From Leptogorgia sarmentosa (lineage: Eukaryota): a DNA stretch of 64,000 nucleotides. Within the stretch, counting starts at the first letter, position 1. Each line of letters starts with the position of its first letter. The stretch lies in the NCBI GenBank assembly GCA_964658305.1, contig OZ210885.1:992001-1056000 (forward strand), written 5' to 3'. The notes under the pieces are model-generated. The model was not told where the DNA came from and made no database searches. It saw nothing but the letters and a program-made list of their open reading frames with translations. The translations under genes were made by a program, and so were the position numbers. Below, in pieces: positions 39,470 to 51,885 of the stretch.

Positions 39470-42076
39470 CAGTGCTTCCATTTTGAAGGAAATTTCCTTT
39501 TGAAAGGATTTTTTGGCAAAATGAAGGAAATAAAAAGGAAATAATTTTTGAAGGAAATTTGAAGGAAATTCTAGAAAAATAAAGGAAAGTTGAAGGAAAA
39601 TACAAAAATATCTTAAAATTAGTTAAATTTTGGAAATAAAGTCACAGAATATATATCATACAGAGATGTAACTGTGATAAAGTGTAGAATATGTATCAAT
39701 CCGATTCGCGGAAGCAGAGTAACCAGTAACCACTAACCAGACAGGCAGCCGCATAAGTCATAACCGCATTCTTTCTACAGTATAATATTAATACTCTTAG
39801 CTTCAGGTTGCTTTCATATTCGAATTTCATATATATGCTAAAAGAGATTTGACATTCTAATCTCCGAACTTAAAGCTCTTGTACAGTCAAAAATGTTTTA
39901 AAACTTTCCGTTCCTTCATATTATTTTCTATTAACCATTTTCCAAAATTAACTGATAGACAGTCACAGTTTTGATTGCAAAATAGGTTTTTCTAAATCAT
40001 TCAAATTTCAAAGCAAAATAGACAATTCGTAAATTAAAAAAGGAACGTTCAAAAGACAAACGCGAAGAACTTAGAGCCATTATCCATTCTGCCTACGAAA
40101 TGTGGCATTTCTGAAATTTTTCTTACGATGACATGTCATATGTAGCTACAAAACCTTGATCGATGTATTAGTTCCTAATTTCTTCATATTTGTCACTAAA
40201 CATTGGTTAAAATTGGCTGTAAGTAGTGTATAATTGCTGCCGAGCGTAGCGAGGCAGCACACTATTCTTGACACGCGGTGGTTTCCCCAGAGTCTACTCG
40301 ACCCAGTCTTTCGCGCGAGTTATGTATTGCCGAGATCGAGATCTTGTGTCTGTCTGTCTGTCTGTCCCATTGAACTATATATAACTGGAAGGCTACCTTC
40401 ATATAAACGGGAACGAAAAAAATGAAGCCAAAATTTTGCGTGGAATTACCCCCAGACACGCGTGTCTGGGGGTAATTTCACGCGAGTTCAGCTGCGTGAC
40501 ATTCTCGCGCGGTAGAAAGGAGCGAACAAGTCAACAACATGTTTTCAAAAGAGAACGTAGGAATTTGCGATGCGATAGAGAAGTGATTTTGCTGTTTTTT
40601 TACTGTTTCAAAGCCATTTCTTGTGCTATGAATACAGAAAAATTAAATTTTATGGCGATCAAATGAATTTCTGTAAGGGAAACTCGCCGAAAACAAACGA
40701 TTGTGTCTCGATTAAAACGGATCTGAAATGCTTGACATTGATTCGAAAGCTGGCTACAAATGGAATCACAACAGATTTTAGTCTATGACTATGTCATGGT
40801 CGCCTGTGGGCGAACAATTTTTGAAAAATGTCAAGAATAAACGAAAAATGACAGCCCGGCATAGCAAAAGTGGCAAAACCTCAAAAGGCCACTTATCGCC
40901 GTTCGGGTTTTTATTATGAAAACCAAACATTCACCAAATTTATGTTAATATAAATGATTCACATCCTCCGAAAACTATTTTTTGCGAATTTTGTACAAGT
41001 TTTTTCAACAAAAAACAGAAATGTTTTTGTTTTGGCCGTGTCTACATTACGTGGAAAGACTGGGGCCGATTTGGCTTCAAGTTTTCGGCCGGAAGTAGCC
41101 TTCCAGTTTTATTTAGTTCAATGGTCTGTCCATAAAGATGTTTGTCGTATCCGGGGGCATAATTAAGCTTCAGGGACGTTTGTTAAAAGAGGGGAGCGGT
41201 CAGAATAATTAAGCTTCAAGGACGTAAACAAGATATTGTATTGCGCACGCGGCACGCATCTCCATGTGCGTCAAGAATCGAAAGGTTTTTACAAAAGCGT
41301 TTCATACGGATGCAAGATTGTGCTAATGTTTTATGCGTTGTGGTTGGCCCAGGTTGGGTAATTTGGTATTTATGGCGATCACACATCAATGATGCAAGCA
41401 ATGTTCAGAATGCTAGCCCTAATAGACTGTTAGGGTTAGTGTTTACTATGCTATTACTAATAGTATAGTAAACACTAACCCTAACAGTAAACCTTCACCC
41501 TAACTGGCGTGCTGTTGCTTTTCAAAGAACGGGACATAAACACAATATGCGCACTGAATCGCATTTTTAATTATTATGTTGAGCTTGCGATTAAATAACG
41601 AGATATAAACGTGGTAAACTTAATCGGTAATAATTTTCACTTCGTATGATCGTACACGAAGAACGAAGGCTGTCACACGCTGCTTTCTGAATACTCGGGT
41701 ATATCACATTTCACTTCGTGTCATCGTATTACGAAAAAATGTATCTTGCCCAGGCTTTTTAAAAACTCGGATACATTACATTACGTGATCATTTTGACTT
41801 CGTATCATCGTATCATGATAACAAGTCACTGTTTCAAAAGTGGACAGGTATTCTATAACCCAGCCGGGATTTTAAAGTTTGAGCGCAACGGCAGCACATT
41901 TCCTTGCGATAGTAACTCCTAGTTTATAGTAAATTACACACTTTCTTCGATGAGAGTTTGTTGAGCACTGATTTCGAGAGGGAAATTTGGAGGAATTTTT
42001 GATATTTTTTGAAGGAAATTCCAGTCAAAAAAAGGAAAAAATAAGGAAATTACCAAGTTCGGAAATGGAAGCACTG
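39470..42076. mobile_element. Non-autonomous hAT-superfamily DNA transposon (2607 bp including the nested insert)
   Basis: Perfect 14-bp TIRs CAGTGCTTCCATTT / AAATGGAAGCACTG. 8-bp TSD TTCAGGAC (39462-39469, 42077-42084). The empty site GACATTCAGGACACTC is seen in the sister repeat units. Clustered subterminal GAAGGAAA motifs. No transposase ORF. Confidence 0.93.
40232..41923 (+). mobile_element. Helentron-associated/DINE-1-like non-autonomous rolling-circle element nested in the hAT
   Basis: 5' hairpin TGCTGCC-GAGCGTAGCGA-GGCAGCA (40235-40259), (GTCT)n at 40347-40366, 3' subterminal inverted repeat CGGCAGCA (41889-41896), end CTAGT. Internal palindromes at 40439-40482 and 41429-41484. Confidence 0.72.
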
Positions 42077-43440
42077 TTCAGGACACTCAGAGAGCAGGGA
42101 GATGCAGATCGGCCCCTAGACCATATGTGATAAGCACCTTGTCCTTGAGCGAAAGGCAATGTCGTAGCATTAGAACCAATATACTATATTACGCCTTCGT
42201 ATTTGTATACGTTACACTCTTCAGGCGTGGTTGTTGTGGGACTCGTCTTGTGAAAATTCATTGCGCATGCGCTTACGTCAAAATTTGTTTTCTTCGTTTT
42301 TTCTTCGTTTTTTCAACATCCCAGACATGGTGAAAGTGTTAAAAGCAAGAATAGTCAAGGAAGAAACGAAAAAAAATTTTTTTTAGTGACAAAACCCGAA
42401 AATAATTTCGTCAAGCACATTGCGCATGCGCGTACATCAAAATTTGTTTTCTTCGTTTTTTCAACATTCCAGACATTATGAAAGGGTTAAGAAGCAAGAG
42501 AATAGTCCAGGAAGAAACGAAAAAAATTTTTTGGGTGAAAAAAACCCGAAAAGAATTCGTCAAGGGCCCTACCATCCGCACAGAGTCTGGTAGATCGCCA
42601 GTAGGGACTTACTAAGGCAACCGGAACGCATCGGGGATGCCCGCTATCACTTGACCGGTACAAATGTATGACTTTGACATTCAGGACACTCAGAGAACAG
42701 GGAGATGCAGATCGGCCCCTAGACCATATGTGATAAGCACCTTGTCCTTTAGCGAAGGGCAATGCCGTAGCATTAGAACCAATATACTATATTACGCCTT
42801 CGTATTTGTATACGTTACACTCTTCAGGCGTGGTTGTTGTGGGACTCGTCTTGTGAAAATTCATTGCGCATGCGCTTACCTCAAAATTTGTTTTCTTCGT
42901 TTTTTCTTCGTTTTTTCCATATCGCAGAGATGGTGAAAGTGTTAAAAGCAAGAATAGTCAAGGAAGAAACGAAAAAAAAATTTTTTTAGTGACAAAACCC
43001 GAAAATAATTTCGTTAAGCACATTGCGCATGCGCGTACATCAAAATTTGTTTTCTTCGTTTTTTCAACATTCCAGACATTATGAAAGGGTTAAGAACAAG
43101 GAATAGTCCAGCAAGAAACGAAAAAAAATTTTTTGGGTGAAAAAAACCCGAAAAGAATTCGTCAAGGGCCCTACCATCCGCACAGAGTCTGGTAGATCGC
43201 CAGTAGGGACTTACTAAGGCAACCGGAACGCATCGGGGATGCCCGCTATCTCTTGACGGGTACAAATGTGTGACTTTGACATTCAGGACACTCAGAGAGC
43301 AGGGAGATGCAGATCGGCCCCTAGACCATATGTGATAAGCACCTTGTCCTTTAGCGAAATGCAATGTCGTAGCATTAGAACCAATATACTATGTTCCAGA
43401 TTCGTATCTATATTGCTAACACTCTTGAGGCATTTAAATT

Positions 43441-43668
43441 TAATAATGATGAACAAGTACAGAGAAAAGAAAGTTCATTAACGAAGACCAATGGCGGTGC
43501 CAAATGCATCTGTCCAACGATCACTAGAGGTGTATGTTCCACAACCTCCGAAATGCATCTCGGTAAGAAACAGGAAGTTGTTAGGAAGCTGACGATGACC
43601 ATACGAGGGTACGCCGGTTTTTCGCCAGTTTACTGCTACACCACGTCTCTCATAAACCAGGCTCCAAT
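43441..43668 (-). pseudogene. Third, 5'-truncated copy of the last exon of the fibrinogen-like paralogs
   Basis: Near-identical to 44773-44980 and to the reverse complement of ~59925-60150. It lacks the 5' part of the exon and the splice acceptor, and abuts the end of the 602-bp array. Confidence 0.85.
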
Positions 43669-44807
43669 TTCATATTTTACAACGGTAAACCCTTCAGTGA
43701 ATTACAACTGATTTTCAAGGGGCCGCATCAAATTCAACCCCATATCCTTCAAACTAGTCCGTTTCAGAAATCAATATTCACCAATGCAAACATAGACCAC
43801 TTTTATAATGCAAAATATAGTTTGAATTTTCTTTGATATTTTCGACTTAACTGTTCTGCATGATTATATGAAGAAAGTATTTCTGTTTTTTGTGCAAATT
43901 CGTATTCCTTAGCCCTTAGGACAGTCTTTACTTTGAAGTAATGTATGCATGAAACTTCACATTATATGTATTTAAGTCGTCCGATATATGGAAGTTGTCT
44001 ACACCCACGATATCGTCAAGTTCTTTGTTTGTCACGTGCTTTTCTTTTATCTTTTATTCATATAATATAACATTAGAAAACCTGTCTGCGTCAATGTTGG
44101 ATTATAATATAATAATATAATTATAGATTAATCAAGAGCATACGAGAAATCCTTATGTAGATAAAATGTATGTGTAATTGCTAAATTAATTATTGCTAGA
44201 AATGAAATTTCTAATAAAAAATTGGATTTGCGGTAAGAATCATTAACATTGTAAATGTTTTTGTACAAAACATTTTACCTGAAATGTGCTGTTTATAGAT
44301 TTGTATACTTTACAACTTACCCTGTATTCATCTCAATAAGTTTACTCTTCATGAGTTCTGATTCTTTTGACCCTACCCAACATACTGACAAAATAACCGT
44401 TGTTGGCTAGCCTTTTGTGACAAGACGTCACATTTTCTCGACGTATATTGCATTTTGTCAGTGTTGATATCAGTCCGACAATCCGGTCATGAGATTAAAA
44501 ATCTGAATGATCCATTTCTTTAAAAATTCACGATTTATAAAAATTATTTGTATGGCACGGTAAAAATGATCAGGCGGGCTTCACGCCATTGCCAGCATGT
44601 CGCTGCATTTTTTAAAGAAACAAAATTCATTGGTAACTGTGCTTTTTATTTCTAAACCAAAATTTGAACAGAATTCAGTGTAACAGATTTATTTTTCTCT
44701 GACGGCTCAATTTAACTAAATAAACCAATTATTAAGCAATAATCTAAGTGCAGCAAACAGTAATTTCCCATTATAATGATGAACAAGTACAGAGAAAAGA
44801 AAGTTCA

Positions 44808-46680
44808 TTAACGAAGACCAATGGCGGTGCCAAATGCATCTGTCCAACGATCACTAGAGGTGTATGTTCCACAACCTCCGAAATGCATCTCGGTAAGAAA
44901 CAGGAAGTTGTTAGGAAGCTGACGATGACCATACGAGGGTACGCCAGTTTTTCGCCAGTTTACTGCTACACCACGTCTCTCAAAAACAAGATTTCCACTG
45001 AAGTAGGAACTGATCGTTCCCTCCTGATGATTGGGGAACAGAGCGAAGTAGGAGTTTGGATTAGCATCACAGTTTCTGAAGGTCACATATTTTCCATTTG
45101 ATCTATAAAGGCAAATTTTATACAACCAATCTGCAGTTAATGTTTGCCTAGTTTTATATTTTACCAGTAATTAATTCTATAGACTTTTACAGGGAAAATC
45201 CTGGGAACCAAGGGTTTCCAACAGTCCAAGTATGGAAATTTATCAACCCCTTTTTCGTATGTGTGGATGAGGCAAAAATTGAAAATTTCAGCCTTGTTTT
45301 CATTCCCATATTTTCCGATCATCTCGCACCTCTGGATCATAGATAACACAATTGCCCTCTTTTTCTTTGCTTTTATGAGAAACTTGATTATATTGAATTG
45401 GGGTAAGAAAATATCAGGAGGCTACAACCCCCAGCCCCCTCCACCCACTTCGTGGCTGCGTTCATGAAAACTGCAGCTATAATGCAAATTGCAATTATCA
45501 ACGACCATAAAAGCGTCTTAAAACGTAGAGTGCGATAATACGAATACCGTTGCACTCTTCGAAAATGGAACTTGCTTTTCAATATCACGTGACCAAAATG
45601 GACCAATCAAACGACCTGAATGTAACGAGGTATTATAATTTTGATATGCGATACAGAATTATTTATATAAATAATTCTGTAACGCATATCAAAAAGTCCT
45701 CACAAATTAACATCTCTCAAGTGTAGAACTGCGTTGTAAGTTGCACAAAAAAGAGCATCGTGCGACAGGAGAAGAAATAGATAACGAGTGGCGTGCCATC
45801 ATGCTGTTATAATGCAGGGGGGGGGGGGAGATGTTGGGAGAATACGAGAGAATCGCGCCATTGAGAATGGGGAAGTATGGGGGAGAAATACCTGAATCCT
45901 TGAGTATTTCGGGCTTTCGCCTTGCTTGCAGGTATTATGCCAAGAAAGATGTAATCACCCAGTCCAGCATTCTTAGGACCTGTATATCCTGCATAATTAT
46001 GCATTAATACACCAAGTGGTTGTCTGGAGTAGTATGGAAGTTGAGTGATGAGAGTAAATGGTTGAAGGCCATTCTGCTTTTGAAAACGAAGAAGAACTTG
46101 GGATTTTTGAGTGAAAATTTGATTAATCAGGTTGGGAAGCTTTCCTCGTTTAACAGCCTCGCGTGGAATGAAGGTAAATCCACCACCTGCCTTCGCCATC
46201 TCACAGTACACTGTGATCACAGTATTGCCCACCAAAATGTCATAGAGACCACTCAATGCATGGGGAGCACTCTTTTTGATGTCAAGACATGACTTCTTGT
46301 ACGTTGTTGAATCAATTATTTTCTGAAACAAGTTGAAATCAAGAAAAAATTAGCTGCAACAACCAGTAATGTAGCCAACCTCGTACCCAGGAATGTAGCT
46401 ACACGATGAGATTAAAATAAAGTATGGCTAATCAGCTGGTAACAAATGATCACTGCAACCAATGTGAAATCATAATGCATGTGTGTGCGTTGTTTACTTT
46501 CGAACAAAACTCTTAGGAATTCAGGAAGGCTGATATGGACTCAATTTATTGTTATGCCATAAAACATAAGAATGACGTCAAATCATTCACCACATAGTAA
46601 ATATATATCAGTTGTTTAATTCCTACCATAAACACTCCGGGCACATTGAGTAGAAGACAAAACAAGGCCAGACGCGTCAT
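44808..46680 (-). CDS. Secreted protein with a fibrinogen-C/FReD-like N-terminal motif and an uncharacterised C-terminal domain, paralog A, 259 aa
   Basis: complement(join(44808-45102,45892-46322,46627-46680)), 780 nt, GT-AG. Signal peptide MTRLALFCLLLNVPGVFM. SCLDIKK...SGLYDI...TVYCEM...GGGFT is the typical fibrinogen-C N-terminal motif. C-terminal NCDANPNSYFALFPN...EMHFGGCG. Confidence 0.85.
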
Positions 46681-47207
46681 TCTGCAATAAAAAATACCGA
46701 TGGATATATAGAAGTATAATAATAGTGGGAAAAGTATAAATTGAATCAGAAAGTAAAAATTGTCCAGCATTTAAAAAACATTTCATTTGTAGTTTTGTAC
46801 GAAAAGTGATATAATGATATTTTGTGACACTGGAATTCAATCGCGCAAACGTAACTACGTAGCAATAAAACCAAGAATAAAGAGTTCCCATATTTCCAAA
46901 AACTTACTGTGTCTGCTGAATACTTTGAGCAAGACTGACAACTATTATATCATCGAAAAACCAATGTTAAATTTAAACATTCTTCTATAGTATAGCTAGA
47001 CGATTTCTATACCTGAATAAAGTTTAGATATTCTCCAACAAATCTCCAAATTTTGAGCTTGATTTGTATAAAAAAACCATTCTGCTGTGCAGCAATTTAT
47101 AGAAATATTTAACATCCTCCTCAGCAAAGTTCTTTGTTGTACTTCTGGTTTGATTGACATTGACTGACACTGCAGATTTTTCATTAATACATTCCTACTG
47201 CATGGGA

Positions 47208-50200
47208 CATCCTCTGTGTGTGGGCTGGATAATTCAATCTAAATTTTGAACTTCCTAGCTCCCTTTCGAAACTTGAAAATGTTTTAAAACTGATTAGAAC
47301 GTTTCTCTAAAGATTCTGTTGGTCTGCGCAAAGTACAATTTGACTGCAAAATACAGTGTATTCGTTATATAGGTAATCATAATGGGCGTGCATTGGGAAT
47401 TCTGAATTAACAATTTCGAGCTCAAAATTTCTGTGTGGCAATAGTTTATGAGCGTAAAGTTCGAGTAAATAATTCATAGAAATAGACGGCGAGTTATCTA
47501 AATCAGATATCAAACATAAATATTCTACCGTCATGATTCTATTAACTTTAACTTCTCAGTGCCCGCAATTATGAACATCTTGTCCAAATGTCTAATCCAT
47601 ACAAAATACGACATTCAATTTGATAAGAGAAGTTGAGTGTAGCAAGTAAAGAACAAGCAAGCATGTTGACATCGTGCGTCACCTGGGCATGGTTAATCTT
47701 TTACTTAACTTCAGCAGTTCAGCTTATTAATAAATAACTTCACAAATGTTTTTTCATAAAAATTGAGGAATTTTTACGTAACCACTTCATTACCGTTGAA
47801 CGATCTTAAAGCACACGCATTGATTTTTGTGTTTCTGGGTAAGAGTATGAGGAAAGAGAATTTTTTGAAGTGAAAATAGATGCAGAGAATAAACAATGGT
47901 TTCTTATGCCAATTTTCATTATCGAAGTATCCGGATTCGAATAACATCCTGCCTACCCAACAGGATGTTATTTCATCTTGTACTCCGAAGTGCACTTATG
48001 GAAAAAAGTCCGGTTTCTCCGCCTATTATTTATTGTATATATTGGGATGAGATCCTCAAACAATAGTTCGGCACAATAAAAACCTCTACAAGTTTGTTAG
48101 ATGCAATGTTAGACGCTCCAGTGGAGTTGAAGGCATAATTTTATACGTTTAGTTGTTGTTGCTGGTCATAATAGTTTGTCTTATCAACTTTGTACTATTA
48201 ATATCTATGACATATCTCAAGGTTGTTTTTGATATCTCAGTTGTGAAGCTTTTGAAGCATGATGATAAGAGGGTCCTGAAGGGGTAAAATAGGAACTGGA
48301 ATTTGCTTATTTGTGGCTGGGAAAATGGGATTTCATGCACTGGGAATGGCTGATTCATCAGCAATAAAACAATAGAAAATGGCAATGGGATTAAGATTTG
48401 AGTAGAGCAGCCACTGAGACGATGGGATTTGTGCTCTTGGACACTGGAATTTAATCCAAATTTGGGCTGGGAAATGGAAATAGGAACCCCCTACAGGAGT
48501 CTCTGATAAAAATATGCTACATCATCTGTTATCTCACTTCCACTCAGGGGCGTAGCGAATGGGAGGTGCGGGGGGTGTCGCAACCCCCTCCCCTTCCCCC
48601 CAATTTTGCCTCTGTCGGCAAGAGAAGAACACCTGTCAAATGTCGGCACATTTTGAGGCCTGGATATGTGGGGAAAATATTTTCTAACTAAAACTGCGTT
48701 GTATTTATTATATTACAAAAACGTTTTGGTCTATGGACATGTTATTGTAAATTGTGATGAAAAAATATACATGTCCAAGTACGTCTACCAAAATAACTTC
48801 CGATATATAATATTATATTTGAATGTTGTAATTGGGTTTGGATTTTTCATGTGAGTGCTTTGCTCTATGCTAACCACAACAAGAAAGCTCTAAAGAGAAG
48901 AAAAGACACAATTTCCAATTTAAAAATACAGCTGTGATCTTCTCCAGGACATTCAACGTGTTTGTGTGCGGGAAGCATGGACTTCAAAATTATAATAATT
49001 GGAAAACATCCTGTCATACGATCGTAAAGTTTACTTTGCATTCATTGATCAATTATCAGTCACTGCATATAGACTTTTTCATTGCTTTTCTTTAGTATAC
49101 ATCTATATGAGAGATAACTGGGTTAAAGCCCATAATTCGGGCTTAAAGAACTTCTTTAAACCCACATAAAAGAACCAAAATTTTGAATCGAACAACCAGG
49201 AAAAAGTGCATCCTCTGTGAAATTGAGAGGAAACTATCGAAGTCTGGAACCGCTATATAGCGCTTTGTAAATAACTGCGTCAATAACTCTAGCTCGTACA
49301 TTTCTCCTTCTCCACCGTTTAAGCTAATCGCGCATAGAAAACAATCAATCTCTAAATAGACACTACAAATATTCTTTTTGTTCTAGGCCCAGTTCAGACA
49401 TCGAACTTTTCATGTGCCGAACCTAATTCAAAAAAATGAACTCATCAAACAAAGAACTTATTAGTTGTGTCTGAATTAAGGACTTATTTAGAATGATCGC
49501 ATATAGATATACTATACAATAAATAATGAGGAGTGAAACAATGAAATAGGCCTCAAGCAGTGACTGATAATTGATAATTTAATTCATCCTCTCTAAACTG
49601 TGTGGGCAGGATAATTCAAACTAAATTTTGAACTTCCTATAGCTGCCCTTTCGAAACTTGAAAATGTTTTAAAACTGAATGCTTCTCTAAAGATTCTGTT
49701 GGTCTGCAAAGTACAATTTGACGGCGGAATACAGTGTATTCATTAGGAGATCACACTCGGAATTCTGAATTAACAATTTCGAGCTCAAAATTTCTGTGTG
49801 GCAATAGTTGATGAGCGTAAAGTTCTACTATAAATAATTCATAGAAATAGACGGCGAGTTATATCTAAATCAGATATCAAACGTAAAATATTCTACGATC
49901 ATGATTCTATTAACTTTAACTTCAGTGCCCGCAATAATTATGAACATCTTCTAATTATCAAGTATATAAATGTCTAATCCATACAAAATAGGACAAGTTA
50001 ATATGTTGACATCGTGCGTCACCTGGGCAAGATTAAACTTTTACTTAACTTCAGCTTATTAATTAAATAACTTCACAAATGTCTTTTCATAACCGTTCTT
50101 CATTCATAATCTACTTCATTACCGTTGAACCACCTTAAAACACGAGCATTGATTTTTGTGTTTCTGGGTAAGAGTATTCAACAGTATACTGTAACGAGGA

Positions 50201-51360
50201 AAGATAATTTTTTTGAAGTGAACATAGATGCAGCGAATAAACAATGGTTTCTTATGTCAATTTTCAGTGTTGAAGTACAGATTCAAATAACATCCTGCCT
50301 ACCCGACAGGATGTTATTTCATCTTGTACTCTGAAGTGCACTTATGGAAAAAAGTCCGGTTTCTCCGCCTATTATTTATTGTGTATTGGGATGAGATTCT
50401 CAAAAAATAGTTCGGCACACTAAAAACCTCTACAAGTTAGAGGCAATTGTACAAACTTTCAGACGTGGATCGGAGTTGAAGGCTTAGTACATTTAGTTGT
50501 TGTTGCTGCACTATTAATATCTATAACATCTCAAGTTGTTTTTGATATCTCAGTTGTGAAGCTTTTCAGTGATCTAGACACTGGTAACCTAATAATGATA
50601 TGATGATAAGAGGGTCATGGGTGGGTAAAATGGAGAAAAAAAAATTCCAATTAAAAAAAACAGCTGTGATCTTCTCCAGGACATTCAACGTGTTTGTGTG
50701 TGGGAAGCATGGACTTCAAAATTAAAATAATTGGAAAACATCCTGTCATACGATCGTAAAGTTTACTTTGTCAGTAAAGTTTACTTTGCATTCATTGATC
50801 AATTATCAGCCACTGCATGCATATAGGCTTTTTCATTCTTCTTTTTTAATATACATCTATATATGAGACTGGGAGATAACTGCATGGGTCAAAGCCCATG
50901 CATAATTCGGGTTTAAACCCAAATAAAACGGAACCAAAATTTCGAAAAATTATATCCGCTCATTCCGCTGGGAAATTGAAAGGAAACTATCGAAGTAGAA
51001 CCGCTATATATAGCTCTTTGTAAATAACTGCCTTTTAATTCAGTCACAAAATTTAGGTTCAATAACTCTAGCTCGTACATTTCATCTTCTCCACCGTTTA
51101 AGCTAATCGCGCATGGAAAACAATCAATCTAGATGTAAATAGTGACTATAAATATTCTTTTTGTTCTAGGCCCAGTTCAGATATCGAACTTTTCATGTGC
51201 CGATTGCCGAACCTAATTCAAATGAGCTCAAACAAAGAACTTATGTTGTGTCTGAATTAATGCCTTATCTAGAATGATCTCACATAGATATATACAATAA
51301 ATAATCAGGAATGAAACAATGAAATAGTCCTCAAGCCGTGACTGATAATTGATAATTGAA
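47208..51360 (+). repeat. Direct tandem duplication: 47208-49584 and 49585-~51360 (the second copy lacks ~48290-48895)
   Basis: Both copies start CATCCTCT..TGTGGGC.GGATAATTCAA.CTAAATTTTGAACTTCCTA and run colinear with many small indels. A further direct copy of ~51190-51460 lies at 56702-56975. Confidence 0.88.
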
Positions 51361-51885
51361 TTGCAAATGGGAATATTGCTGAAGGAAGATTATTACCAGT
51401 TAATTTCCGCAATAAAGTAAACGGATAATTATAGAATTCCCCGTCCCCGCCAACTTGGACATTGTATTTTTACATGAAAAGGCATAGTTTATACGTCGCT
51501 CTTATACCAAATCGTCGTGTCAAATGCAATTCAGACAATAGATAATGAAGTAAGACATCTCATGATGTATTGTTTGAGTTGCATTTGACGCGACGAAAGT
51601 TCGACATAAGAGTGACGTGGACGTCTAAACTGGGCCTCAGACTTTTGTTGAAACTTAAAGTGCAATAATGAAACCTTACCCAAACCCTTACTCTAACCCT
51701 AACATGACTGGGAATGAAGCAATTTTACTTGATGATTTTGAAATTCATTTGACATATTTGGCCTAATTAATATGCAGTAGTCCTTAACGGCGGGGTATCC
51801 TATATGTACCAACTTTAAGTCCACTCGCGCACACAAACACCTTGAATGTCTTGGAGAACATCACGCCTACTTTTCTCAAATTGGC

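Larger units (their letters stand above)
38625..43432. repeat. Tandem array of ~602-bp units (~3.6 copies) with internal ~150-bp subrepeats, interrupted by a hAT element
   Basis: Marker GAATTCGTCAAGGGCCCTACC at 38729, 39331, 42553 and 43155 (spacing 602, or 607 after removing the insertion). Subrepeat CATTGCGCATGCGC occurs twice per full unit. Confidence 0.92.

Noticed and set aside
41429..41502. TTAGGG/CCCTAA telomere-like motifs (also ~14740-14775 and ~51680-51702)
   Set aside because: Only one or two copies inside MITE-like palindromes, not a telomeric array.
38672..43481. Recurrent ORFs (MPFAKGQG..., MYDFDIQD...)
   Set aside because: Translations of the 602-bp repeat unit. Frames and ends differ between copies.
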